A stretch of 55,327 bases of DNA from Chiloscyllium plagiosum (Eukaryota): NCBI RefSeq assembly GCF_004010195.1, contig NC_057718.1:9364826-9420152 (forward strand), written 5' to 3'. Below are positions 25,801 through 38,130 of this stretch, piece by piece. Numbering within the stretch: the stretch's first letter is position 1; each line of letters opens with the position of its first letter. The position numbers and the translations under genes were made by a program. The notes under the pieces are model-generated. The model saw only the letters and a list, made by a program, of their open reading frames with translations. It made no database searches and had not been told where the DNA came from.

Positions 25801-27217
25801 GCAACACCCCCCCCTAGATGGCCTTCCCATTATTCTGAGCCCTGGTGTTAGACTCTCCACCCTGGGAAAACAGCCTCCTTGCAGCCAACCTGTTGAGTTC
25901 TGTGAGAATTTTGTAAGTTTCTGTAAGATCTCCTCTCATTTTTCGACACTCTCATGAACACAGGCTGAGTTCCTTGAATCTTCAATGCTTGCAGAGGATG
26001 AAAGATGAGAGGTCAGTCAGGAGAGAATTGGAATAGTTGAAACTGGACATAGCAGGGTCATAAGCAGAAGTTCGCTGCTCACAGGATTTCGGGACTGTCG
26101 AGTCTCATTTATTTTCACTGAAGTCACTCCTTTGAAGGGGTGAGGAATGTAATCTATTTCTGTGACTTGCTGGCAAGTAACATGCTCTATTCATTCCGAT
26201 ATATTTACATCCTTCAGCACTGTGAAACAATAACTCCAGATCCATTCACTGCAATGGATTCATGGTCCAGTATAAAAGGTAAACTCTGGCTCTATTCTGT
26301 GTTTGCAGTCTACGTCATGAATCAAAAACAAATAATCTTCAGTTCTATTCAGACGATGGAGTTTGCAATCTACGTCATTGTAGAACAAAGTGTCTGCGGC
26401 ACTATTTATACCAAAACGGGCTTCCTATCTTAGTTGTTGTATTTTTGTACATAATGAACGTTCTCGATAACAAGCTCTTTTTACTGCTTGTCACTTTTCT
26501 CTTGCTGTCCTCCTCCTCTGCTGACTCTCTGCTGGGATGCAGTTCCACTAGCAGTGGGAGCCATCTGGCATTGCCATTATACTTGTCTGCAGTGCACATA
26601 CACACACGCACAAATGCACCTACGCACTCTGTGTCAGCTGCAGTCCAGTGGCAATAATCTTGTTTCTGAGTCAGGTAACTTGTCGATACTGGTCCAACTC
26701 CAAATGTCTTCACCACAAAAGATTTGTCTCCTCTTATATACTTCCAGATAGGCACCCCAAATATCAAACCCCTCAGTGTAGAGGGATGAACTGACTCCCC
26801 TTGTTTATCACTGTCCCCCCAACCCGTTGATCACAACAAGGTTAATTTACAAAGGATCCCTAGTTGTGGACCCCACCTTCTCCCAAACCCAATTAATTTA
26901 TGCAATTATTATATAGAGTCATAGAGTCATTCAGCACAGAAACAGACCCTTTGCTCCAAAACATCCCTGCCAACGAGACATCCCAATCTGACCTTGTTCT
27001 ATTTAGAGGCATACAGTCACATTCTAAAAGAAGATATCTGAACAACTGAACCAGGTTTCCTTGAATTAACAAAACAAATGAGTAGATTAGCTATTAAATG
27101 TGAGAAGAACATACAGCACACATCCACACAGATTTGGAATTAGAAGTACAAAACAAAGATATACACATCAGCTTCTCTGGGTGCTGCGTGAAGCGTTGAT
27201 AGTAGAACATCGATAGT

Positions 27218-27336
27218 TGGAACAAAGTTAAAAATCACACAACACCAGGTTAGAGTCCAACAGGTAGACTACAGCCTGGTGCTGTGTGATTTTTAACTTT
27301 GTCCACCCCAGTCCAACGCTGGCACATCCACATCAT
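27218..27336. mobile_element. Fold-back Penelope-terminus insertion (family C)
   Basis: Inverted arms acaaagttaaaaatcacacaacaccagg / cctggtgctgtgtgatttttaactttgt; gttggaaca is repeated at both flanks. Confidence 0.7.
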
Positions 27337-28869
27337 GGTTGGAACAGTCATTTTCAGCTTCCTTAGCTTTGGCAGGTTAGTTGTGATCTTTAGCATTGTT
27401 TCCTTTTGTCAGTAATTTACAGGCAGTGCTCATTGTGAACAAGTCCTTTGACTGGTTTGTTAGTTAGCTGGCTTCTAGCATTCAGAATGAGAGAGCTACT
27501 TTACCTGCAACACAGGGGGGACTAGTGGGTGGTTCTTTGGCTGTGATCTAGCACACTAGCATTCGAATCCAGACTAGTTAACATAGCCTCAGTAGACTGG
27601 TACACCTTCATCTACTAACGCACATAGACCAGGGTTGAAGTTGATTCTTTCTCTGGCATTTTTTTAACCCCTTTTGATGTACTCTTGAAATAAATAAAAC
27701 CACAAAATAATTCTGCAAGAGGTAGTTTCTGCTGAGAAATGAGGAGATAGTTCACCCCTTCATTATATCTTCCTGTTACTTCTCTGTCTCTCTGTTTGAA
27801 GTATCCCTGATACTCTTCAAGTGAACCATTACATATTCTCTCACAGGGCTTTGCCAGTCAGCACTGAATTTACCCTTTAGGCTATTTTTGTATATAGCAA
27901 CCCTATTGTTTTTTAAAAATTACAATTAAAAGTTAAAAATATCCATGATATTTGGGTTCTGATCCATCATCCACTCAGTTGGGTGAGAAAGATACCATGC
28001 ATTTTTCAAAGTGGAGCAAGATAATGTGATAAAAGAACAAGACCTGAAATTTTAATTCTGTTTCTCACTCCACAGTGATCTCTGACCCTGTTTTTATTTC
28101 ATAATCCCAGCACACCCAGTATTTTGCACTTCCGTTGTGAACAACATTTATTTTCTAGCCCAAAATAGATTATCCAGTCATTGTTGTGGTGTTATTATTA
28201 ATGGGATCTTGCTGTGTCCAAATTGGCAGGTGTTTTATACTGCAACGGGACAGTGGCTTCATTTCTGATGGAATGTATTGGCTGCATCACACTTTGGAGT
28301 GCCTCCCAGTTGGGCATGGCACTATATAAACGATGAACATCTCAATGGAAAGAAGGCATCTCCAACAGTGAAGTACTCCTCCAGCACCATACCACTGGAG
28401 TATCAGCCAGGATTTCTCTAGGAAGTCCTTTATTGTAACTATTCTCTGGGTTAAGAAGTTTCGCCTGAGTTCCTTATCAATGACTATTTTATATTCATGG
28501 TACCAGTCTTTGGCTCTCCCACATGTGGAAATATTTTCTCAATTTTCAAGAAACAGGAAACAGCCAATTCAATTTCACCATTGTGTTAGGTCAGTACAAA
28601 TTTTAGTGACCTGTATTTACTTTTACAGGGCCCTGTTACACTCTACGTAAAGTGTCTGCTTACCTGACTTTGTATAAGATGCATCCTAACTTGATTTAGT
28701 CCTCTGGCCCTGCTTGAAATGAGAAAAGGCAAGATAATGAGTCAGGTTCTCTCACTGAAAAAATGCTATCAAACGTCTCAAAGTCTATTAGCAAAATTGA
28801 ACTTCCACAAAATTGCTGGCAGCCTTCAAACAATTTTAGCACTAATGTTCCTGATTTACTGGAAGCGAT

Positions 28870-31650
28870 AGATTCAATGATCGTAAAGGCTTGTCAGTGG
28901 CCATTGTCATAGGCCTCGATTGTCATTGATCCACCATTACTTCCCTTCTTCAGTAGATGCGTAATATTAGCTACCCTTCAATGTGTAGGAACTGTACAGA
29001 ATCTTGGAAGATGGCACCCATGTATCCATTGTTTCTAGGGCCATGTCCCTTAAACACTCTGGGATATGGATTATCAGGGTTTGCGGATTTATTGGCCTTC
29101 AATCCCATTAATAACCCCAACACCATTACCCTAGGCATACTGATTCCCTTCAGTTCCTCCCTCTCACTAAACCCTGCTGTACCCCTACATTTGTGGCATG
29201 TTTTTTATGTCCTTCTTTGTGAATCAAAGCATGTATTTAGCTGGTCAGCCATCACTGTGTTCCCCATTACAAATTCCCCTGTTTCTGACTGTAAGGGCTG
29301 GCTTCACCAATGATTTTCCCTTCACATGCCTGCAGAAGAGTTTGCAGTCAATTTTAATGTTCTGCGTAAGCTTACACTTGGACTCTACTTTTCCTTTCTT
29401 ATAAATCCTTTTATCTTCCTTTCCTAAATTCCATCTGCTCCCACTACTCAGGTCTGTGCTCTTTTCTCTGGCCAATTTGGTCTCTATCTTGTGTCTAACG
29501 CTATCTCTAAATTCCCTTGTATGAGACAGTTTGGCCACCTTTCCGATTTTATTTTTGTACTGGACAGGAACAGACAATTGTTGCAGTTCACCCATATGCC
29601 ATTTAAATGTTTGCTATTGCCTTTCCACTATCATGCCTTTAAGTAATATTTCCCAATCTATCATAGCCAACTAATGCCTCTTACCATTGCATGGATGTGT
29701 AGGTTAGGTGGATTGTCCATGCTAAATTACCCATTGTGTGCATGGATGTGTAGATTAGGTGAATTAGCCATGGGAAATGCAGGGTTACAAGGATAGAATT
29801 GGGGGGTGGCCGTGCTAAATTACCCATAGTATGCAGGGATGTGTAGGTTAGGTGGATTGGCCGTGCTAAATTACCTGTAGTGTGCAGGGCTATGTAAATT
29901 AGGTGGATTAGCTCGTGGTTAGGGAAATACAAGGTTACAGGGATAGAATCGGGAGATGGCCATGCTAAATTACCTATAATATGCAGGGATGTGTAGGTTA
30001 GGCGGATTAGCCATGGGAAATGTGGGGTTCCAGGGATAGAATAGGGGGCTGTGTCTAGGTGAAATGTTCTTCAGAAGTAGATGTGGACTTGCTGGGCCGA
30101 ATAGTCTACTTCCACATTGTGGACATTCAATTCTATTAAAGTCAGCCGTAATTATAGATTTTCCTTTATTTCAGTCTCTAATGTTTTGGTAAACGATCTT
30201 CTCAACATCACCCCTACAGTTTGGGGACCGACGAACTACTCAGACTAATGTTTATTGCCCCTTGATATTTCTCGGCTATACCCTGATGTGTTCCATATCA
30301 TTGGGTCTGATATCTTCCCTCACTATGGGTGTTTGATTTTCCTCTTTAACCCAGCAATACAACGCCACCACCTTTTCCTTTTTGTCTGCCCTTCCTAATT
30401 GAATACCCCTAAACATTCAGTTCTCATCCCTGGTCACCTTGCAGCCATGTCTCTCTAATCCTGACTGGGTGATACCTGCTTTCAACTGTTTTCACAACTA
30501 ATTCATCCACTTTATTGCAAATGCTTGTCACATTAAGGCACAAAAACCTTAAGGCTTGTCTTTTTAACATTACTTATCGATTCCCATTCTTTTTCACTGT
30601 GTTCCGGTTTGATCTTGGCCCTTGATTTCTTTGCCTATCACTTTCCTTATTCCCCTTTCTGTCTTTTCTTCTTGTCCTTGCTTCCTCTTCCTGACTCCTT
30701 GCATACATTCCCACCCCCCCCCTGCCATTCTAAAAGCCTTCCCAACTATTTGAGCAATTATTTACCCCTAGGACATTAGTCCCTGACCTGTCTAGATATA
30801 ACTCATCCAGTTTGTACTGGACCTATCTCTCCTAGAACTCGTCCCAATATCCCAGGAATCTGAAACCTTTTCCCTTGCACTATCTCTTCAGCCATGTATT
30901 CATCTGATATATCCTGCTACTTCTACTCTGACTGGCACTTAACACTGATAGTAATCCAGAGATCACTACCTTTGAGGTCCTACTTTTCAACTTACTTCCT
31001 AACTCCATATACCCTACTTTTAGGACCTCATCCCTATTGTCATCTGTACTATCTGTATCAACATGTGTCACAACCATTGGCTGTTCACCCTCGCTCTCCA
31101 GAATATCGCTTGGAGACATCCTTGACCCGAACACCAAGGAGGCAACATACCATATGTGAACACAGAAACTCCTGCTTGTGCCCCTTCCAATTGAATCCCC
31201 AATAACATTTTGCACTCCTACACCTTTTCCTCCTCCTCAATGCAAGAACGCCAATCGTAATGCAACAAATTTGACCGTTGCTGCTTTCCCCAGAGAGGCC
31301 ATTCTCCCAAAAACAGTATCTTCAGTGATCAATCTGTTTTGCAAGGGAATTGCCGCAGGAGACTCCTGCACAGCCTGCCTGATCCTCTAACTCTGCCCGG
31401 TGGTTAGCCATTCCCTTCCTACCTGTGGTGTTTTAGCCTGCACTCCCTACATCTGCTATCCACCATATTCCCTGCCTTGCGGATGCTCCACAGTGTCCAC
31501 GCCTGCTGCTTCAGCTCGAAGATCCAGACTTCTAGGTGTTGGAAATGAATACACTTACCACACAAATTCCAGTTCTGAGCTTTGGAAACAATCCTGGCTT
31601 CCCATATAGACCAGGAAGAGCATAGGATGGCTTTGAGCTCACCTGCCATG
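28870..31650 (-). mobile_element. Degenerate 5' part of a CR1 LINE (ORF1 zinc finger and SGNH esterase, start of ORF2)
   Basis: Minus ORFs MAGELKAILCSSWSIWE...CGKC and VIGDSIGRGT...ELGSKLKSRTSKVVISGLL (CR1 ORF1 esterase); ORF2-like KLTQNIKIDCKLFCRHVKGK. Confidence 0.8.
29690..30135 (+). repeat. Tandemly amplified V-SINE internal segment with SINE tail
   Basis: Five recurrences of ggatgtgtaggttaggtggatt.gcc.tg alternating between two continuations. Confidence 0.8.
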
Positions 31651-31783
31651 AATTATGTCTTTTAAATTAAACATTTTGGCAGATGCTTAATTTTAAATAA
31701 TACCAATTATTCCTTTTCTTTGTTCCTTGTTACTACAGTATCATAGAATCCCTACAGTGTGGAAGCAGGCCCTTCAGCCCATC

Positions 31784-32258
31784 GAGGAGAAAGTGAGGAC
31801 TGCAGATGCTGGGGATCAGAGTCAAGAGGGTATTGCTGAGAAAGCACAGCAGGTCAGGCAGCATCGAGGAGCAGGAGAATCGACATTTCAGACATGAGCC
31901 CTTCATCAGGAATGTATTTCTGATAAGATGTCAATCAAGGCTCTACCCACTCAAAAGTAGGCTACGCATTATTTCGGAGACAAGCAGGTACTTTCTCCAA
32001 AGTAAAAGCAAATTGCTGCCGACACCGGAAATCTGAAACAATCCTGGAGAAACTCAACAGGTCTGGCAGTATCTGTGGAGAGAGAAAAACAAGTGAACGT
32101 TTTGAATCGGATATGACTTCTTCAAAACTGAATTGATTCATTCCTCTTTCAGCATTCTGAAGAAGAGTCGTACTCGACTTAGAATGTTCACTCTGTTTCT
32201 CTCTCCACAGATGCTGCCATAGCTGTTGAGTTTCTGCAGCATTTCCTGCATTTGTTTC
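31784..32258. mobile_element. PLE-terminus family A fragment (31784-31913, -) and family B fold-back (32003-32258)
   Basis: Family signatures and inverted arms. Confidence 0.7.
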
Positions 32259-33180
32259 AAGTTCTTCCCAATGCATTGGTCAATATTTGTCTTGGGTCAC
32301 AAATGATCTGGTCATTTTTACGTTGCTGTTTGTGGGAGCTTGCTGTGCACAAATGGTCGTTGTACTTCCAACATTACTACACTTCAAAATGTACTTCACA
32401 GGACGTAAAGCACCTGGAGACCTCCTGTGGTCATAGATGATGCTATCAAAATGCAACTACAATCTATTAGATTTAACATTTTCTCGGTTGCAAAGATCCA
32501 TGAGGGTAGACTTTTCCTTTAAGATTCAATGTAACTGTGTTCAATAAGAACAATTAATTTATTTGCAACAGTCAGTGATAATTCAAAAAATAATTATTTT
32601 CTTCAAATTGCCACAGGAGCAGTAAGGTACAGTGTATGATCCGTCTGTAATGAGGTTTGACTGGGACCATTATTTCCCACTCAAACTGATTATCTTAACA
32701 GAGAGATGGGTTTTTGTTCAAATTATCTGTAATGAGTTAAAAAGAGAACATTTCAAATGTTAAAAAAACCTGGAATAAAAATGGAAATTGCTCAAAATAG
32801 CCAGTAGGGCCACTTACTGATTATAAATAGAAATGACAGGCCAGTATTGAGTATAAACCTGCGTCGCTATGCTGCATACTTTTAAGAATCAAACACAATC
32901 ATTCCTACATATTACACTGTATTGTGCCGTCCCACTAACAAAATAAAATTGAGAGCAGATTCTTGCTCAAGACTGTAATTCAATTCACAAAAATCAGAAT
33001 AAAAGTCTCAAGGGTGAAACCTCATAACCATGATGATCATTTAAAGATATGAGTTTCTGTCAGTGCCCAAATGTGTTATTCTGACCAAGGTAATGACCAG
33101 TTCAGGACCACTGAGTCAGCTGGGTCTACACAACTGGTCTCAGTATCAATGTAGGTGTTAGTTGGGGGAGTGCAGCAATC

Positions 33181-33275
33181 CAGTGACTCTCCTGCTGGGC
33201 AGTGACTCTCCAGCTGGGCAGTGACTCTCCTGCTGGGCAGTGACTGTCCTGCTGGGCAGTGACCCTCCTGCTTGG
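33181..33275. repeat. Minisatellite, 5 x 19 bp
   Basis: Unit cagtgactctcctgctggg, with single-base variants. Confidence 0.9.
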
Positions 33276-33329
33276 CAATGCAGGTCTGTATGCGTTGAGT
33301 GAGAAAGACAGGAAGTAGATTTTGTATGT

Positions 33330-33562
33330 ATCTGTGAGTGTGTGAGTGTCTCTGTGTGTGTCTGTGTGTGCATGTGTACGTGTGTGAGCGAGAGTTTGCA
33401 TGTGTGTGTGAGTGTCTGTGTGTGCGTGTGTATGTGTGTGAGTGGGAGTGTGAGAGTGTGTGTCTGTGTGTGTTTGTGTGTAAGAGCGAGTATGTGTGAG
33501 AGAGCGAGTGTGTGCATGAGAGAGTGTGTGTGTGTGTACATGCGTGCGTGTGCATGTGTGTG
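33330..33562. repeat. Degenerate (GT)n microsatellite
   Basis: GT/GA dinucleotide run. Confidence 0.9.
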
Positions 33563-34054
33563 TTCATCCCACAAAACAAGGATGGTAACCACTAACAGTA
33601 GGTAGCTGTACACAGAGAGTTCTAGCATGGGGAGGCTCCTGCACTGCAGCTGCCACATTGTTCTGGTTGAGCAGGAAGTTTGTCCCCCACCTTACTGACT
33701 ACCATACGATTTCCAAGTTGGCAATCAGCCTGCGTTGGTCACATTATAAGCCATGTTGTTTAACCAAAAGCTCCTAACATAGGCTAGAACTCTGAGCTTC
33801 CAACCCACCACAAGAGCTCCAATTGGGGCTTGACTGCTAAACTGAAAACCATTCTGTTAGAATTAGCATTAGAATTATTGTCACACGTAATCAAATGAGA
33901 ACAGTGAAAGATTTACAAGTTGCTACTTACCTTAGGTACAAAGGTACCTAGGTCGAGATTCTTAAGCACAAGTTGTTAGGGATAAAAAGTTACTCACACA
34001 CTGAGAGCTGGTCAGCTGATGAGAGATGTGGGGCGGCACTCACTCAGAGTGTCA

Positions 34055-34495
34055 GCAGGGACTCAGTTAAATTGGCTGCTGAGTCAGGAACATTGTGGGT
34101 TCAAGTCCTGGTTCCTAGACTTTGAGTACAATATCTTGGCTGACAATCCCAGCGAGGTCAAGGTGGAGTGCTTCACTGTTGCAGGTACAGTTTCAGACAA
34201 GGCATTAAACTGGTCCACTGTCAGGGAGGATGTTAAACATCCCATAGTGCTATTTTGAAGGAAAGCATGTTCTCCTTGGTGTTCTGGGCCTTAATCACCC
34301 TTCAATAAATGTCACTGAGATTAACTATATGTTCATAATCTGTCTGTGGGAGCTTGTTGTGCAGAAATTAACTCCCACATTCTCGACATTACAACAGCGA
34401 CTACACTCAAAAAAGGTTTCCCGTTGGCTTTAAAGTGCTTGCTGATCTGTGGTGATTGTCAAGGTTGCTACATAAATGCAATTCTTTCTTTTTGT
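34055..34495 (+). mobile_element. Near full-length Deu-domain SINE
   Basis: tRNA-like head (gggttcaagtcc), Deu-like core (ggagtgcttcactgtt...), tail ctgtgggagcttg.tgtgc...ctacataaatgcaa.tctttc. Confidence 0.65.
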
Positions 34496-34654
34496 AGCAC
34501 AGGAAACCTGCAAGACACTGAAGGAAATGAAAAGGAGTGAAGGACTGGAGGGAGAGTTTCAAGCTTTCCAGATGGTTGAAATGCAAATTGATAGCTTTTT
34601 TTCCTCTTAATCAGGCAAACATCTTTTTAAAAAAAACATTTTAAATATGCTATA

Positions 34655-35640
34655 AAATGAAAGCAAAATACTGTGGATGCTGGAAATCTAAAATGGGGTC
34701 TGAAAAGGACCACTGGATTCGAAATGTTAACTTTGCTTTCTCTCCACAAATGCTGTCAGACTTGTTGAGTTTCTCCAGCAATTTCTGTTTCTATTTGAGG
34801 CTGAGATAGATAGATTCTTGACCCATAAGGAAATTAAGGATTACAGGCAAAGGCCAGGAAAATGACGCGAGGAATGTCAGATCTAATGAATGACACAAAA
34901 AAACTGTAGATGTTGGAATCCAAATTAGACAAGCAGGAGGCTCGAAGGATACAGCAAGCCAGGCAGCTTCAGAAGTTGGAGACTTCTCCACCTCCTGATG
35001 CTGCCTGGCTTGCTGTGTTCTTCAAACCTCCTGCTTGTCTACTTACGATCCCAGTGAATGGTGGAGTAGGCTTGAGGGGCTGAATGGCCTACAATTGTTC
35101 CCATTTCTTATGATCCAATGGCTCTTCTTCAAAACTCCACAACTTCAGTTCTGAAGAAGGGTCAGACGAGACTTGAGATGTCAACTCCGCTTTCCCCTTC
35201 CACAGGTGTTGCCAGACCTGCTGAGTTTCTCCAACAACGATATCTTTTTTCGTGTGAGTTTCTCCTGCACCCTCTCCTGTTAAATACCTGATAGCGTCGC
35301 AGATAAATGCTACAAATAATGCATTCTGTCCGACTAATGTGTTCGGAATCAGAATTGCTGGACTTAAAACTTTAACTCTGCCTCTCTCTCCACAGATGCT
35401 GAGATTTTCCAGCAATTTCTGTTGTTTTGTTTCTGATTTCCAGCATCCCCAGTTCCTAATGCTGGAGGTCACAGCAGGTCAGCCAGCATCCATGGAGAGA
35501 GAGCAAGCTAAGGTTTTGAGTCTGGATGATCCTTCATCAGAGCTGAGGTGCCAACGATGCTGCCTGACCCACTGTGATCTCCAGCATTTGTTGTTTTCAG
35601 TACAGATTCCAGCATCTGCAGTAATTTGTTTTATCTGAAC
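34655..35640. mobile_element. Cluster of about five PLE-terminus insertions, mostly fold-back, immediately upstream of CITED2
   Basis: Elements at about 34655-34795, 34892-35045, 35145-35240, 35345-35450 and 35458-35640. Confidence 0.7.
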
Positions 35641-35669
35641 GAATCTGTTGCTGTTCGAGTTTCCCTGTT

Positions 35670-35815
35670 CTGTTGATTGGCGGAGGTTCTGTCGCCTGGT
35701 ATTCGGTTTGACTCCCTGATCCTGATCCACATTCCAGAGAAAGTCTGTGCCGGGTGTTGAGGCTGGCCTCAGGAGCCCTATATTAAGAGTGGCCGAGGCA
35801 GCCGAGTGAACATCT
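35670..35815 (+). promoter_or_regulatory. CITED2: Putative CITED2 core promoter
   Basis: Reverse CCAAT (ATTGG 35676-35680), MCAT/TEAD-like ACATTCCA 35729-35736 and TATATTAA 35779-35786, implying a TSS near 35810; an alternative TATAAA lies at 35953-35958. Confidence 0.5.
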
Positions 35816-36075
35816 TTTGTTGCTTAATCGTTCTGAGTTTGTGGCGCCTGATCCTTTAGCTTAGCAGCACGAATATATATATATATATATATATATATAG
35901 GGAGAGAGACATAAGGAAGAGTGCAGCTGAGAATAGTCTGCATACTGACAGATATAAAGAGGAGTTGGTGAATGTGCAAAGGCAGGAAAGCAGAATAATC
36001 AATATTATTCTTTCTTTGCCCAGAGATCAGTGAAAGAAACACAGGAGCAAAGAAAGTGCATTTATTGCAAAAGAG
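35810..36075 (+). other. CITED2: Probable non-coding exon 1 of CITED2 (contains (TA)n at 35873-35899)
   Basis: Ends at a consensus donor GAG|GTAAGT; the 5' boundary is inferred. Confidence 0.55.
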
Positions 36076-36280
36076 GTAAGTTACAAATTGTACAAATTTT
36101 CAGTCTTGGCAAAAAGAAAGGGTTGGATAAAGTTGCTCTAGGGAGAACGCATGGAGTTGCGAACTGTCCAGTTTGTACGTTTTGCAGTTGTTGAGATCGT
36201 TTGGGTTTTTTTTTCATTGCTTTCTTTCATTCACAAGTGCATTTATTTATTTCCTAACCCCTTCCCAATCTGCATTGAAG
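36076..36280 (+). other. CITED2: 5'-UTR intron of CITED2
   Basis: GTAAGT donor at 36076, branch-like CCTAAC at 36253-36258, pyrimidine-rich stretch, AG at 36279-36280 lying 11 nt before the ATG; matches the known non-coding-exon-1 structure of CITED2. Confidence 0.7.
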
Positions 36281-36291
36281 TTGGAGGGGCG

Positions 36292-37032
36292 ATGGCCGAG
36301 CGTATGATGAGCCACGGACGTTTCCCGGAGGGGCATAGCGGGCTTCACGTCCGGCGGATGAGTCTGAACCCTTACCCCCAGCACCAGCACGCCTACAGCG
36401 GCATGATGAGTGAGCACCCGGCCGCTACCTCCTTGCTGCATTACCCTGGACCCAGCAACGTGAACACCTCCAGTGGGAGCATGAGGCATGCACTGGTCCC
36501 TGGCAGCAGACAAGGGGGTCCAGTTGGTCATCTGAATAGCATGCCCCCCAGCATCAGGTACACATCTAGACAGCAACAACAGCAGCAGCATCACTCGCAT
36601 CCTCCCCATCCCCAGTATATGGGACAAGCAGTGGCTGGGAGCAGCCCTGCAGCACAGCTTGCAGCGAGCATGCATTTACAAAAGCTGACCAACCAATACT
36701 ACGGCCACCAGCAACAACACTACAGCATGACGGACCTGCATCCTGCTAGCGCCTTGGGTCACCACCAGCAGCAGCAGCAGCAGCAGCAACAGTACAGGGA
36801 AGTAAAACATCACAGCTCTTCAATGACACCGAGTCACCACATGTCTGCAGCAATACTGCCCCCCAATGCCATAGACACTGACTTCATCGATGAAGAGGTC
36901 CTCATGTCCTTGGTGATCGAACTGGGTTTGGATCGCATCAAGGAACTGCCTGAACTGTGGCTGGGACAGAATGAGTTTGATTTCATGACTGACTTTGTTT
37001 GTAAACAGCAAACCAGTCGGGTGAGCTGCTAA
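36292..37032 (+). CDS. CITED2: Cbp/p300-interacting transactivator with Glu/Asp-rich C-terminal domain 2 (246 aa)
   Basis: [13 protein letters not shown]-terminus (CR3-like), [12 protein letters not shown] (CR1) and [51 protein letters not shown] (CR2 with LPEL, nearly identical to mammalian CITED2); good Kozak context gcgATGG. Confidence 0.97.
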   Translation: MAERMMSHGRFPEGHSGLHVRRMSLNPYPQHQHAYSGMMSEHPAATSLLHYPGPSNVNTSSGSMRHALVPGSRQGGPVGHLNSMPPSIRYTSRQQQQQQHHSHPPHPQYMGQAVAGSSPAAQLAASMHLQKLTNQYYGHQQQHYSMTDLHPASALGHHQQQQQQQQQYREVKHHSSSMTPSHHMSAAILPPNAIDTDFIDEEVLMSLVIELGLDRIKELPELWLGQNEFDFMTDFVCKQQTSRVSC

Positions 37033-38130
37033 AAGTGTGAACTGAAAAATGATTCTTGAAAGAGAAATGCAAAAAAAAGGACTTCCATCTACTGAACTCA
37101 AAAGATTTATTCTTTGCAACGAGTGAGAGAGAGAGAGTGAATCTGTTGTTTTAGATTTTAAATATCTGCTCATCAACTGAGTGACTTTTTTTTGTTTAAA
37201 TCATGTTGTTTGATAACCCATTCACTGCACATGTAACCACTCTCTAATTTTCCTTTTGATGTCTTTGATGGCCTGTTAAATGTTCCTTAAAGAAAACTGA
37301 AACCAACCACTTAGAAAACAGTGGAGCACCCCCAGTCAGAAACTTTGATCGCACAAACTTGGTTGTTTTTTGCAAAGCAGATTTTATTTTGAAAGAGAAA
37401 TGTGTGGGTATGTTTCAAATGTACTGAAGCAAAATTGTTGTGGGGGGAGAGAGAGGGAGAGAGAACAATCTGTATAGTTTCCTCAAAAGCTTTGTGAAGA
37501 CAGCTAATGGAATTATAATCACCATTCTTTTCTGTTTTAACCCTACCAAGATGTGCACAACAACAGCCTTTTAATTTTCATTGATATGTGGTATGATAAT
37601 GTATGTATCAGTTTGATTCAGTTAGTTTTAAAACAATTGCAGTGAAGACGCCCCCAGGCCCTTTGGGTACTGTAACTTAAAACCAGTGACAATAGTCTTG
37701 ACACAAAAGATCTAACATTCCTTCAGCCTTCACTAGACTTTCTTGACTGTGTCCCCTCCCCCCCACACCTTCTGACTCTCAAATGTTAGGACATTGCAGA
37801 GTGGAATGTGTACACGTGCGTTTGTGTGCATGTTTGTGTCTGTGTGCGATTAAAACATTTCTCAAAAGGTGGTTAAATTTTCCTTTTAAAAAAAAAACAC
37901 CTTGTTTGCTGTTTACTTACCACTTCAATGTCGATTTATCGTTTACATGATATTCTGTGTTGAAGCCATTTTTTTTTGAGGGGGAGGGAAGAGAAAAAAA
38001 ATGGACAGTATTTTTTTACGAACTTAAATATTGCTGCAGAAATGTGTGTTTTCTTAATTTATTATTCAATGCTTCACTTATTTTGAGAAGGTTATAATAA
38101 AGACCCTGGAGATTACAGTAACTGTCAATG
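37033..38130 (+). other. CITED2: CITED2 3' UTR with candidate polyA signals
   Basis: Repeat-free AT-rich sequence; ATTAAA at 37849-37854 and AATAAA at 38096-38101 followed by U-rich sequence. Confidence 0.5.

Noticed and set aside
26445..26657. 70-aa ORF with a signal-peptide-like start
   Set aside because: No recognisable homology or splice support; probably a chance product of C/T-rich sequence
33181..33275. CRISPR-like repeat array
   Set aside because: Contiguous tandem units with no spacers, in a vertebrate context with no cas genes
33076..33658. His/Thr-rich ORFs
   Set aside because: Translation of microsatellite and minisatellite sequence
36151..36291. 47-aa N-terminal extension of the CITED2 ORF in the ORF track
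   Set aside because: Lies mostly within the predicted intron (36076-36280); CITED2 homology starts at ATG 36292
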